Shown here piece by piece: positions 51,613 to 64,000 of a stretch of 64,000 nucleotides of DNA (position 1 is its first letter; each line of letters begins with the position of its first letter). Where the stretch lies: NCBI GenBank assembly GCA_964016885.1, contig OZ024749.1:372001-436000 (forward strand), read 5' to 3'. Source of the stretch: Eledone cirrhosa. Lineage: Eukaryota. The position numbers and the translations under genes were made by a program. The notes under the pieces were generated by a model, which worked only from the letters and a program-made list of their open reading frames with translations, was not told where the DNA came from and ran no database searches.

Positions 51613-52920
51613 CTTTACAGCTCCAGGAGAGATGGTGGAATCGGCCTCCTTGAACTGGAGAAATCGATCCCAGCGAACATGATCAGACTGTACTGCTTCC
51701 TCAGCTCTGAGCCCGAAATGCACTGATATCGCCGCCTGTGGATCCGGGATCGCCCTTCAACTCGGGTATTCGGGCGTGTCACTCCCGCGCGTGGGAGACC
51801 CAGCCAGTGCAGGGCGTTTGTGCAGGCACATACCGAGGCAACTCAGTATGCCTTTCGCGGAGGAACAGAAGAGACCGCACGTGTAGGATGTGTGGGACGA
51901 GGGTCGAATTTCTCTCTCACCTGAGCGGAGCTTGCCCGGTGCTCAGGTGCCCCTGGCTTGAGAGACACAAAGCGGTGTGTGGGTGGATCGCAAGGGAGGC
52001 TGAACGCCTCGGCTAGGCGGTCGGAATAGAGCTGGTCTTTTTCGTGGAAAGGCGTCGGTTTATACCGGACCTAGTTCTGCGTCGGGCCGAGCTGATTGTG
52101 GTACTGGATGTGACGATACGTCTTGAACAGGGCTCGGCTCTCGTCCGAGTGGCAGCAGAGAAGGTCGAAAAATATTCGCCACTGGTTGGCTTGTTTAGGG
52201 AGCGATACTCATCGTCCGCAGCTGGTCAAACGAGGCGCTAAATATACTTGGTGTCGGGAGCACCGTGTTCCGCAGATTCGTCTTAACACGCTGAGTTGTG
52301 AGATTGAATGACCGACCATTTTTGTTTTAGGCTCTTAGCTCTGCCTCGTCGATGGCTGGTGCCCCGCAGCGAACGCGTCCGGCTCAAACTCCCCCGCTTG
52401 ACCCCCAGACCAAGCCTGGGTTGAGTGTCGGTCGGAGCGATTCGGGCGAGGGCATGCCTCCGAGGTGGTGACCCGTTCTTTATTTTAGACTCAGGGCACC
52501 GAGTACACCACGAGGTTGCTGGTCTTCGATGGCCATTTCCCCGAGGGGCTCTTCTCGCCTAAAGTCCCCCAGGTGGCGGCAGGCCTACGACCGGCATGTC
52601 AATCACGCGATATCGCACTGGCATGCCCGTTCCGTTGGCTCGGCAGAGTCCTCTCCGGACGTATTATTTTTCTTTTTTTTCCTCGTTAACCGGCTTGAAA
52701 TACCAATCTAGACCGCGGCTTAGGCCACCTTCCCGATGAGTCTCAGTCGCCGTCAGGTGACTGGGCTTGCTTTGTGTGTCGAACCCGGTCTTGTACCTTA
52801 ACCTGGACATCGGAGTCTCATGCCAGTCGTTCAGGTGGAGTGGTCATCTCCGGGTGTCACTCCAGGTCGCGGCCTTTTATACTAGAGTTCGGTGTCACGC
52901 CTCAACTCGGAGGCCCGAAC
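51613..52920 (+). mobile_element. 5'-truncated R2 retrotransposon, copy 2 (degenerate)
   Basis: LYSSRRDGGIGL, CRMCGTRVEFLSHLSGAC...RHKAV, FIPDLV...LDVTI...KVEKY; 3' UTR similar to copy 1 up to aactcggaggcc. Confidence 0.9.
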
Positions 52921-53229
52921 GTAAAGTCCTGCCCGCAGCCGATCCGTGCCGAGTCCGCCGCCGCCGACCCATATACTTGCGCGTCGCTGCCGCAGAATCA
53001 AGATGACACCCGAACGGCAGCGTGGTGTGCTTCCTCGACACTCCGCCATCTAGCCTTCTTCGGGTCCCCGTGTTGATAGCGGGAAGGAATCCAACCCAAT
53101 GGCTAGGCAGTTCCGTTGCCGTCCTGTACCCTTGCGAGTCACTGCCGGGGAAGGCAGACGACGGCAAGCAGCGTGTATATGCGACACGCCGCTCTCTGGC
53201 ATCATCACCGCATGCGGCCGGAAACGTAA

Positions 53230-54080
53230 ATACTCAAGTACACATTGTAGAGGGTGCTAACTACCCAGTTCCATATTGTAGACCTAGTCTACAGTGCTAA
53301 ATACCCAGGTACACATGGTAGAGCTAATGTAACGGACTAAATGCCGAGGTACGCAATTGTAGAGCTAGCCTAGAGTGCTAAATACCCCAGTACATATTGT
53401 AGAGCTAGCCTAGAGTGGTAAATATTACAGTACACATTGTAGAGCTAGCCTAGAGTGGTAATTACCCCAGTACACATTGTAGAGCTAGCCTAGAGTGGTA
53501 ATTACCCCAGTACACATTGTAGAGCTAGCCTAGACTAAAGTGGTAAATACCCCAGTACATTTTGTAGAGATAGCCTAGAGTGCTAAATACCCCAGTACAC
53601 ATTGTAGAACTAGACTAGAGTGCTAAATATCCAATTACACATTGTAGATTTAGCCAGAGTGCTAAATACCCAGGTACACACAGTAGAGCTAATGTAGGTA
53701 GCTAAATGCCCATTGTAGAGCTAACCTAAACTGCTAAATACCCCGGTACACATAGTAGAGCTAGCCTAGAGTGTTAAAAAATCAGGTACACATTATAGAG
53801 TGCTAAATACACATTATATATAGCCTAGAGTGCTAAATACCCAGCTATATATTGTAGGGCTAGCCTATGGTGCGAAATACTCAGGTACACATTGCAGAGC
53901 TAGCCTAGAGTGCTACATACTCAGGTACATGTTGTAGAGCTAGTGTAGGCAGCTAAATATCACAGTACACATTGCAGAGCTAGTATAGAGTGCTAAATAC
54001 CCCAGTACACTTTGTAGAGCTAATGAAGGGAGATAAACACCACAGTATATATTGCAGAGTTAGTCTAGATTGCTAAATAC
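53230..54080. repeat. ~40-bp tandem repeat, ~21 copies
   Basis: Unit gctaaataccccagtacacattgtagagctagcctagagt; related sequence at 30805-30900. Confidence 0.92.
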
Positions 54081-54428
<348 letters not shown>

Positions 54429-56084
54429 GAGATCAAAGACCGTAAATTGTTGATTCAATTCTTCAGCAGTGCTAAATATTTTCTGAAACTGATTTAATAT
54501 TGTTAATTAATCGGCGATTGTCTTGTCGTCTTAAATCCCCAAAGTATGTGGAGGTTCTCTGGTCTGTCGCTTATCCCGTAAAGCGAATGAGAGTACAAGA
54601 CTCCCCCCTGAACAGGCCGCTAGTCCATCACTCTTGCGTCATCTCAATCAACTTAGAATTCTTGGTTCTACTTTCACCTACAACCCCACCTCCACATCCA
54701 AGGTGCTGTAGCATGGCCAGGATACTTGGAACATGCGCACTGGGTTTGTGAAGATCGCGCTTGCGCATTCAACTCAATCCAAAACAAGAAAAAAAAATGG
54801 CCGTCAGTTTGTAGAATGTTACAAGCTTTACAGAAGCTCTTGCTAAATGGTTTAACAATGGACAATAGCAGCTTTCTGAAAGGTAACGTATATTTTTATA
54901 TTACGTTGAGATATTTTTGTAAATCTTTCCCTCTTAGTCTCCTTCGTATGATCTACTATTTACACCTACCTAGTTGTTCTCTTGTTAACGTATTCTTAAT
55001 TAAATACACACCTGTTTCAATACATTGCGAATATACAGTATATTAAATTTATATTTTTTCGTAATAAATATGTATCTAGTGTAGTTTAAAAATTGTTCCT
55101 ACTTCTTCCTGGGGTAGTTCCTTTGTCTTTATCAAATCCTTCTGTCGACTAATTCTCCCTATCACTGTGTGGTTGTCTTCCTCTTTCTCCCATTTGACTG
55201 TCGATGGGGGCAATCTCCCGTATTTAATTCTATACACATAAGTTTTGTTTTGATCTTAACAGTGTATGTGTGAAACTTCAGTAATTCTTCCCATAGTGGT
55301 GTCACTGTTGGAACTTCCATTCCTGGATCGTGTTGTGTTCTTGAGAAAAACACTTAATTCCACTCTGAGTACCAGCAGTATCTTGAGGTTTAACCCTGCC
55401 ATAGACTGGTGCCGTAACCAATCGAAAGTTTTGTTAGCTCAAGAAGTGTTGATTATTTTGTCAGACACTGGTTCTTCTCCAGTACCTTGGTGTCCACTAT
55501 CATTCTAATAGTTGTTGGTAATACATACTGGTTCTTTTCCAGTACCTTGGTGTCCACTCTAATCTCTGATGAGACGAGGCCAGACCATCTATGTTTGGTT
55601 TCTTGATGGTCTCGATTAAGTTCATTGCTGTTGAATCCAGGTTTGTTGCTCTTCCGTCTGGGGCGGCCTAGAATAGTCCCACTTAGCAATCGAACGAAGT
55701 ACACACAATAAGTCCAGCTGTTTTATCTTCTTGTCTTGCTCCTCGTTAGAACCAAATTCAGACACCCGTGGTTAATATCCCGTTAAAACAATGATATGTG
55801 TACGACACATACATATAAAATATATTTTATTGTTGTTTCAATTAATTATGAACATCAATAATAAATAACAACTTCGTAAAATACAATTCAATGTGTTTTT
55901 ATTGACAAAAATGTATTGAAATAATGTTTAATTCTTCTCTTATGTTCCTTCTGTACAGATGTCCAGCCACACAAGTGTTCTGTAGAATGAACTAAGTTTG
56001 TAATAAAACAGTTGTATCATATACTTTATTGTGTTGTTTATTTATTCCTGGTATGAAGGTAAAACATATTTTAAACAGCCTCAT

Positions 56085-56425
56085 CAAGGGTTCGAATCTA
56101 AGGAAAGAAAAAAAAGAAATTTGAAGAAAGAACCATGAAGGGTTCGAATCTAACAGTCGTCCCAAAATAGTAAGTACCATCAAGGGAATGAAAAGTAAGT
56201 ATCAATAAAGAATGTCAACAATGTAGAAAGTATCATTGAGGGTTCGAATCCAACAGTCGTCTAAGAACGTAGTTACATCAAGGGTTCTAAGTATAAAAAA
56301 TGCAATAAGAACCTTCAAGTATGTAAAGAAATTATTTCAGGTTCGAATCCAACTGTCTTCCAAGAATGTAGTAACCATCGTGAGTTCTAAGAAAGTATCT
56401 CGGGTTCGAATCCAACTGCCTTCCA
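56085..56425 (+). repeat. Cluster of GGTTCGAATCY motifs matching the Pol III B-box consensus
   Basis: Five copies near 56088, 56140, 56240, 56340 and 56402, plus two degenerate copies. Confidence 0.7.
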
Positions 56426-56988
56426 AGAATCTAATTGACCATCAAGTATCAAAAATATAATAAGAACAGTCTCCTTATATATATATATATTCCAAGAATT
56501 TAAACAGTCTCCTTATATATATATACATTCCAATTAACCTGTAAATGAAACTTCAAAAGTGTAATTAAGATTCTTTCTAATATACTTTCTAAAAAAATTT
56601 CTTGCATATTAGAAGAAATTTTGAAAAAGAATTCTCCACGGTGGTCAGGGCGAATAGCCCAGTTAGCAATCGTACGCATAGCCTCTACGAATCAGGCCCA
56701 GTTAGCAATCGTACGCCTCTACGAATCGAACGCCAGCTAGGGAGACTGGGAGTCCGAGACGCAGTTCGCACGACACCGCGAAGGCCGCAATTCTACTGAG
56801 TTAATTAGTGGTACTTATGGCTACTTTGGAAAAATTTTGATTAAAAAAAATTAATATATGCAAAGGGAAGTAATTCTGGATTCAAATATTTTTTTCATAA
56901 GACAATTATTAATGCGTTGGTGGTGCTGTGAAGACGGGGTTTTCGATGCCTGCCAATGGATTGTTTAGGGAGTTTAATTATGGGGGTT

Positions 56989-57698
56989 TATCGAAGTTCG
57001 ATGGTGACCCTTTCTACAATTCAGGATCCTTTGATCTACAAGATGTTGCGATAGAGACGCAAGTTAGACATGTCTTTCAACCGCGAGAGGGTAGCCAGCT
57101 TTGTTTACAGTCGAGCGATAGCCATAGAAGATTATACAGGTTAGACATGTCTTTTAACCGCTTTTTGGGCGACCTTATGTACATGCCTTTGGCCCTCTAA
57201 GCGAGCGTTAGCCACAGAGAAGATCTTACAAGCCAGGACATTTAACTTGGGTGTTCTCAGTCCTGGAAGGAGACTGAGGTGTGTGTGATACACACACTTC
57301 CACTGACATATGTACTACCTGTACAGTCACCATCGGTTTTCGATTGACAACCATAACTACACCCCGTAACAACACATATATCACCAGCAACACATTAACA
57401 ATTTTCTAATAAAAATTATATTCACACCTGAATTACTTCCATTTATGCCGTTTACATATATTATTTTGTCAACAAATAATTAAAAATATAGATACAAATG
57501 TGACTAATACGTACCTTGATGGACTCCGGGATTAAGGATGTGGCCACAGGGAAGGGGTAAAGTGTGCCATCCCAGTTCTTGGGATGTTAAGAGACAGGCC
57601 TAACCTTTTATAAGCTGCCGTATGGAAGGACAGCTACCAAAATATACTGTATATCAGGGGCATTAAAATACAGACCCATTGTTATATTACATGTAACT

Positions 57699-57744
<46 letters not shown>

Positions 57745-60002
57745 CTAACACTGTATAACAGGGATGTTAAAAGAGAGGCCCACCTGTAACTGTGGGATGT
57801 AGAGAGGAGCAGCTAACACAAATATACTGTATATGACGGACGTTAAAAGAGAGAGACAAACAGACCTAATATTAGATGTAACAGCTGATGTGTGGAGGGA
57901 CAGCTACCGCAATATACTCTATATCTGGGACGTTAAAAGACAAACACACCCTTATATTAGAAGGGACACCTACCACAATATACTGTATATCAGGTGTTAA
58001 AAGACAGACCCATCTAGAGTTATAACTATAGACCGTATGGAGGGGTAGCTATTACAATATACTATATAACAGGGACGTTAAAAGACAGACACATCCTTAC
58101 ATTACATGTAATTGTTAGTTGTAAGTATAGACAGACCCAACATTATATTAGATATAACAGTGAGCCGTATGGAGGGACAGCTACTACAATATACTGTATA
58201 TCAGGTGTTAAAAGACAGGCCCATCTTTAGATATAACTATAGACCATATGGAAGGGTAGCTATTACAATATACTGTATATCAGGGATGTTAAAAGACAAG
58301 TCTCCTTATATTCGATGTCTGTATATCAGGGACGTTATAAGACAGGTCCACCTTTTTATAAGCTGCAACTATGGGCCGAATGGAGTGAGAGACAGACACA
58401 ACATTATATTAGATGTAATTACCACAATCTACTGTATATCAGCTGTTAAAAGACAGGCTCATCTTTAGATATAACTATAGACCGTATGGAGGGGTAGCTA
58501 TTACAATATACTGTATATCTGGAACGTTAAAAGACAGACACATCCTTACATTAGATGTAACTGTGGGTTGTATGGATAGACAGACCCAACATTATATTAG
58601 ATGTAACAGTGGGCCGTTAAGGGACAAACCCATACTTAGATGTAACTGCAGCCGTATGGAGAGGCAGCTACCACTGTATATCAGGAGTGTTAAAAGACAG
58701 ACCCATTCTTATATTAGATGTAATTGTGGGATATACAGAGGGGCTGCTGCAACTGTATAGCAGGGACATTAAAAGACAGATTCACCTTTTTATAAGCTGC
58801 AACTGTGGGCCGTGTGGTGTGAGGGACAGATGTAATTATGGGTCGTATAAAGGGGCAGCTACCACAATACACTGTATATAAGACAGACCTAGCCTTACAT
58901 TAGATGTAATAGCTGCCGTATTAAGAGACAGCTACCACAATATACTGTATATGAGGGACGTTAAAAGACAGGCCCATTCTTTTACTACAGAGAAAGAGTC
59001 TTGCTGCTCTCTGGACTGTAAGCTTCAAAAAGATGGAAGTATTCCACCAGCCTGCACCCCAGGAAGAGTACCACCCTCCCTATATCAACATTGGCGAGAC
59101 TGAACTGTATATCAGGGACGTTATTTCACCTACCTGGAGTGCACCATCATATCGGGTGCCAAGATCGACAGGTAAATCAGCAACAGACTGGGCAAAGGTG
59201 AGCAGTGAATTTGGTAGACTGTACTAACGTGTGGAAGATTAAATACGAAGCTGAACTCCCAAATACGATGGGCAGGGCACGTCTCTAGGATGAAGGATCA
59301 TCGCCTACCCAGGATCACTCTCAACTCTATATAGGCGTGAGGTTATCGATGTTCGATGGTGACCCTTTTCTACATTTGAGGATCCTTTAATAACGACAAG
59401 ATCTTACGATAGAGACGCAAGTTAGACATGTCTTTAAACCGCTTTGTTTACCCTCCAGCGAGAGGGTTTAAACATCTTTGTTTATAGTCGAGCGATAGCC
59501 ATAGAAAGTTAAACAGGTTAGACATGTCTTTTTAACCGCTTTTTTTGCGACCTTATGTAAATACACTCCATGTCTTTGGCCCTCTAGCCAAGCGTTGGCC
59601 ACAGAGAAGATCTTACAAGCCAGACAGAGCATTGAGCCTTCGAGAAGGAGACTGAGGTGTGACACAAAACACTTCCACTGAAATATGTAGTCACCAAAGG
59701 AGGCAGGGCTGACATGTAAGGCCTGTACAGTCACCAAATGATCCACAATTGAACGATCACCATCGGTTTTCGATTGACAACCATAATTACACCCCGTAAC
59801 AATACATATATATCACAACATTACCAACAACGTTTTAACAATTTTCAAATGAAAAATATATTCACACCTGAATTACTTCCATTTATGCCGTTTACATATA
59901 TTATTTTGTCAACAAATAAATATATAGATACAAATGTGACTAATACGTACCTTGATGGACGGTGAAGTGTGCCATTGACAGATGACCCCAGTTCTTGGGA
60001 TG
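56989..60002. repeat. ~600-bp diverged direct repeats (56989-57586 and 59343-60002) enclosing a degenerate ~80-bp array (57590-58990), a ~43-nt G run and an RTE fragment (59030-59320)
   Basis: Shared blocks ttcgatggtgaccc, gatagagacgcaagttagacatgtc, catcggttttcgattgacaacc and tacgtaccttgatggac. Confidence 0.85.
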
Positions 60003-60013
60003 AGATATCGAGG

Positions 60014-60202
60014 TATATATATATACATATATATATACATATATATACATATATATATACATATATATACATATATATATATATATATACATATATACAT
60101 ATATATATACATATATACATATATATATATATATACATATATATATACATATATACATATATATATATATACATATATATACATATATATACATATATAT
60201 AC

Positions 60203-60253
<51 letters not shown>

Positions 60254-60264
60254 CATATATATAC

Positions 60265-60297
<33 letters not shown>

Positions 60298-60390
60298 CAT
60301 ATATATACATATATATACATATATATACATATATATACATATATATATATATACATATATATACATATATATACATATACATATATATAC

Positions 60391-60441
<51 letters not shown>

Positions 60442-60462
60442 TATACATATATATACATATAA

Positions 60463-60493
<31 letters not shown>

Positions 60494-60643
60494 CATATAT
60501 ATACATATATATATATATACATATATATACATATACATATATATACATATATATATATATTATATATATACATATATATATATGATGGCTGCCCCCTCGT
60601 TATCGAGTATGGCCATTGCACAATAAAAAAAAAAAAAAAAAAA

Positions 60644-60718
<75 letters not shown>

Positions 60719-60745
60719 AAAAAAAAAAAAAAAAAAAGGGAAAAG

Positions 60746-60778
<33 letters not shown>

Positions 60779-60900
60779 TATACATATATATATATATACA
60801 CATACATATACACACACACATACATACACATACATACATATATACACACACACATACATACACATACACTCACACATATATACACACATACATTAATAAC

Positions 60901-60937
<37 letters not shown>

Positions 60938-61016
60938 GCAATAATAATAATAACGACAACAACAATAATAATATACATATTCATATATATATACACACAC
61001 ACGCACGCACATAAGC

Positions 61017-61066
<50 letters not shown>
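60014..61066. repeat. Compound microsatellites (TA/TACA)n, (AAT)n, poly-A and (CA)n
   Basis: Direct inspection. Confidence 0.97.
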
Positions 61067-61074
61067 GATAGCAA

Positions 61075-63537
61075 CTAACAGTGCTGCGATCGAATGTGGC
61101 TTTTTAGCCCAGTCAATGATCTAAAATGTCTTGCACAGAGTCGGCAACCAAAACATTTACTGGGAATAGTCGGCTGTGGTTGGAGTTCGTGTACTTTTGC
61201 ATGTCGCTTGAGTCCTCCTGCTGATTTACATTCTCTACCACATGTTTGGCAAGCATGATGAGTAGCATCTCCAACAGCAGCCTGGTAGTCAACCACTGGT
61301 CTTACTTTATGACTGCGAAGATGACTTTCGAGTCCAGCTTTGCTTAGGCAGAGTCTCGCACAGACGCTGCATGTCAGAAACATAGGAGGACCCTCGCCAT
61401 CTGGAAGTGCAACAGCAATACCCTTCCTCACGTCCCGCTTTACTTTCTCGTGTGCGATTCGAGATGCCTCAAAGGCAACTTTTCCCTCATATACAGTCTT
61501 TCTCCATTTATTACGATCAGCAGCAATATTTTCCCATGTATCAGCAGAGATGTTAGCGTCTTTCAGAGAGGCCTTCAAGGAATCCTTATACCTCTTTTTT
61601 GGTTTATGTGGCGGTCGTTTTCCTTTAACCAACTCTCCATAGAAGAGTTGTTTTGGTATTCTAGAATCCTTCATCCTGGCAAGGTGACCACTCCAACGGA
61701 GTCGCTGCTTAAGCACAAGAGCTTCTATACTGTCACACATAGAGCTTTCCAAAATCTCGACATCACTGATGTGGTCCCTCCAGTGAACGCCATGTATCCG
61801 TCTGAGACACATCTGATGGAAACGCTCCAATTGCTTAAGGTGGCGTCGATATGTGACCCAGGTCTCGCAGGCATAAAGAAGACAAGAGAGTACACATGCC
61901 CTGTACACCTTTACCTTTGTCCTCCTGCATATGTCTCGCCGACCCCAGAGTCGCCTTTCTAGCTTTCCGAAAGCATCACTTGCTTTCCTAATCCTAAGTG
62001 AGATTTCACTGTCAAGGTTGCCGTATCGATTGACAGTGCTTCCCAGGTAGACAAACTGATCAACCACTCCAAGTCGTTTGCCATACACATAGATGTTTGG
62101 TTCAGTGTACTGCCTACCAGGTGCAGGCTGGTACATGACGACGGTTTTCTTGAGACTGACAGTCAAACCCAGGGCAGTGCAAGCGTCAGAAAATACATTC
62201 AAAATGTGCTGCATATCACTCTCTGTGTGCGCTACAAGATCGCAATCATCTGCATACAAGAGGTCTCTTATGACTGATGTAAATACTTTTGTCTTCGCAG
62301 CAAAGCGCCTGATGTTAAATATGCTGCCTGAGGTTCGATATCGGATGTAAACACCATGCTCGCAATTCCTGAATGCAATACAGAAAACCATTGCAAAGTA
62401 TATGGCAAACAGGGTCGGTGCTGGAATATCCCCCTGTTTCACTCCATTTTTTACTGAGATAGGCTCCGACATGTTACCTCCGACATTAACCCAAGCCTTC
62501 ATGTCGTCATGGAAAGACCTAACTAAAGCAAGGAACTTATCAGGGCAACCAAGTTTCTGGAGAACCTTCCATAATGCATCTCTGTTGACAGTATCGAAAG
62601 CCTTTGTCAGATCGACAAAAACCTGATACAGATCCAAGCCCTGTTCAATGCACTTCTCCTGGAGCTGTCTAGCTGAGAAGATCATATCAGTAGTGCCGCG
62701 TCCAACACGAAAACCAGATTGACTTTCAGGAAGGACACAATCTGCAATGTGTGTCAGCAGACGGTCCAGAAGCACCCTACATAAAACTTTCCCCACGACA
62801 GAAAGCAATGATATACCTCTGTAGTTCCCACAATCATTCCTGTTACCCTTTCCCTTGTACAAGACCACCATTACTGCATCTCTCCAGTCCTCAGGCACGG
62901 ATTCATTAGCCCATATCCCTCCAAACAGAGAGTGAAGATGTTGCAGGAGTCTCTCACCACCATATTGTAGGAGCTCAGCATGTATGCCATCCATACCTGG
63001 AGATCTTCCACTGTTCAGCTTCGAAATAGCCACTGCAACCTCCACAAGTGTCGGAGGTTCTGCGAGAGCTACTTTCACAGGACTTTCCGGAATGAGATTG
63101 AGGAAATCTTCACTGACGACAGACGGCTGATTCAAAAGATCATCAAAGTGCTCTCGCCACCTTCGTAGAATTCCCTGTGAGTCACGAAGAAGTTCTTTGC
63201 CATCCTTGCTGCGAATCGGTGTCACCAGAGAAGAAGACGGTCCATAAACCTCACGCAAGAGACTGTACAACAGCTTTGTGTTATTGCAATCAGACGCAGT
63301 TTGTATCTCACCAGCCTTCTCACTCCACCACTGATCCTTCATCTGAGAAAGACTCCGCCTAAAACGTGATTTTACATCCCTGAGCTCCTCATGCAACGTA
63401 TTCCTCTCCTGTGGTTTTGCCGTCAAGTAGCGTGACAGAGCGCGCCTCTTATCAGCCAACAAGTCATCTATATGCACATCCTTCTCATCAAACCAGTCCT
63501 GATGTTTTCTCTGCACCAATCCCAGAACACGTCTGCC
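61075..63537 (-). mobile_element. Young 5'-truncated RTE LINE: uninterrupted RT frame with three C-terminal C2H2 zinc fingers
   Basis: ~820 codons without a stop; FVDLTKAFDTV, GVKQGD, LLYADD, RLRWSGHL; three CxxC-x12-HxxxH-type motifs; no EN domain within the window. Confidence 0.95.
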
Positions 63538-63540
63538 TAC

Positions 63541-63592
<52 letters not shown>

Positions 63593-63797
63593 ACATATAT
63601 ATATATATTATATATATACATATATATATATATTATATATATACATATATATATATATTATATATATACATATATATATATATTATATATATACATATAT
63701 ATATATATTATATATATACATATATATATATATACATATATATACATATATATATATATACATATATATACATATATATATATATACATATATATAC

Positions 63798-63828
<31 letters not shown>

Positions 63829-63847
63829 CATATATATATACATATAC

Positions 63848-63911
<64 letters not shown>

Positions 63912-64000
63912 ACATATATATATATATATATACATATATATATACATATACATATATATACAAATATATATATACATATATATATACATATACATATATA
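63538..64000. repeat. (TA)n/(TACA) microsatellite
   Basis: Direct inspection. Confidence 0.98.

Noticed and set aside
57699-57741. Long poly-G runs (also 15078-15104)
   Set aside because: Homopolymer lengths are unreliable; the sister RTE copy has no long run at the equivalent site
63538-63621. ATG start of the 848-aa ORF
   Set aside because: Lies within the microsatellite; the element is 5'-truncated

Overview
AT-rich, repeat-dense animal genomic DNA. The SINE and LINE content suggests an octopod cephalopod (inference). No prokaryotic features or CRISPR arrays were found. Main contents: (1) six phase-consistent GT-AG exons on the + strand (4270-43132) that splice into the C-terminal ~198 codons of a VPS9-domain (Rab5-family GEF) protein, which the ORF track misses; (2) many nested RTE LINEs, tRNA-derived SINEs, piggyBac, CRE-like and CR1-like remnants; (3) a head-to-head inverted Naiad-type Penelope-like element and at least 7 hammerhead-ribozyme motifs, where both sense-strand ribozymes of one intron are paired with antisense copies; (4) a rearranged orphan 28S rDNA fragment with two divergent R2 retrotransposon copies, each joined at the canonical R2 site; (5) several minisatellites, including a ~9.8-kb array with higher-order structure; (6) a young 5'-truncated RTE with an uninterrupted ~820-codon frame ending in three C2H2 zinc fingers. 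All calls were made by eye. Element boundaries are approximate unless a junction is quoted.
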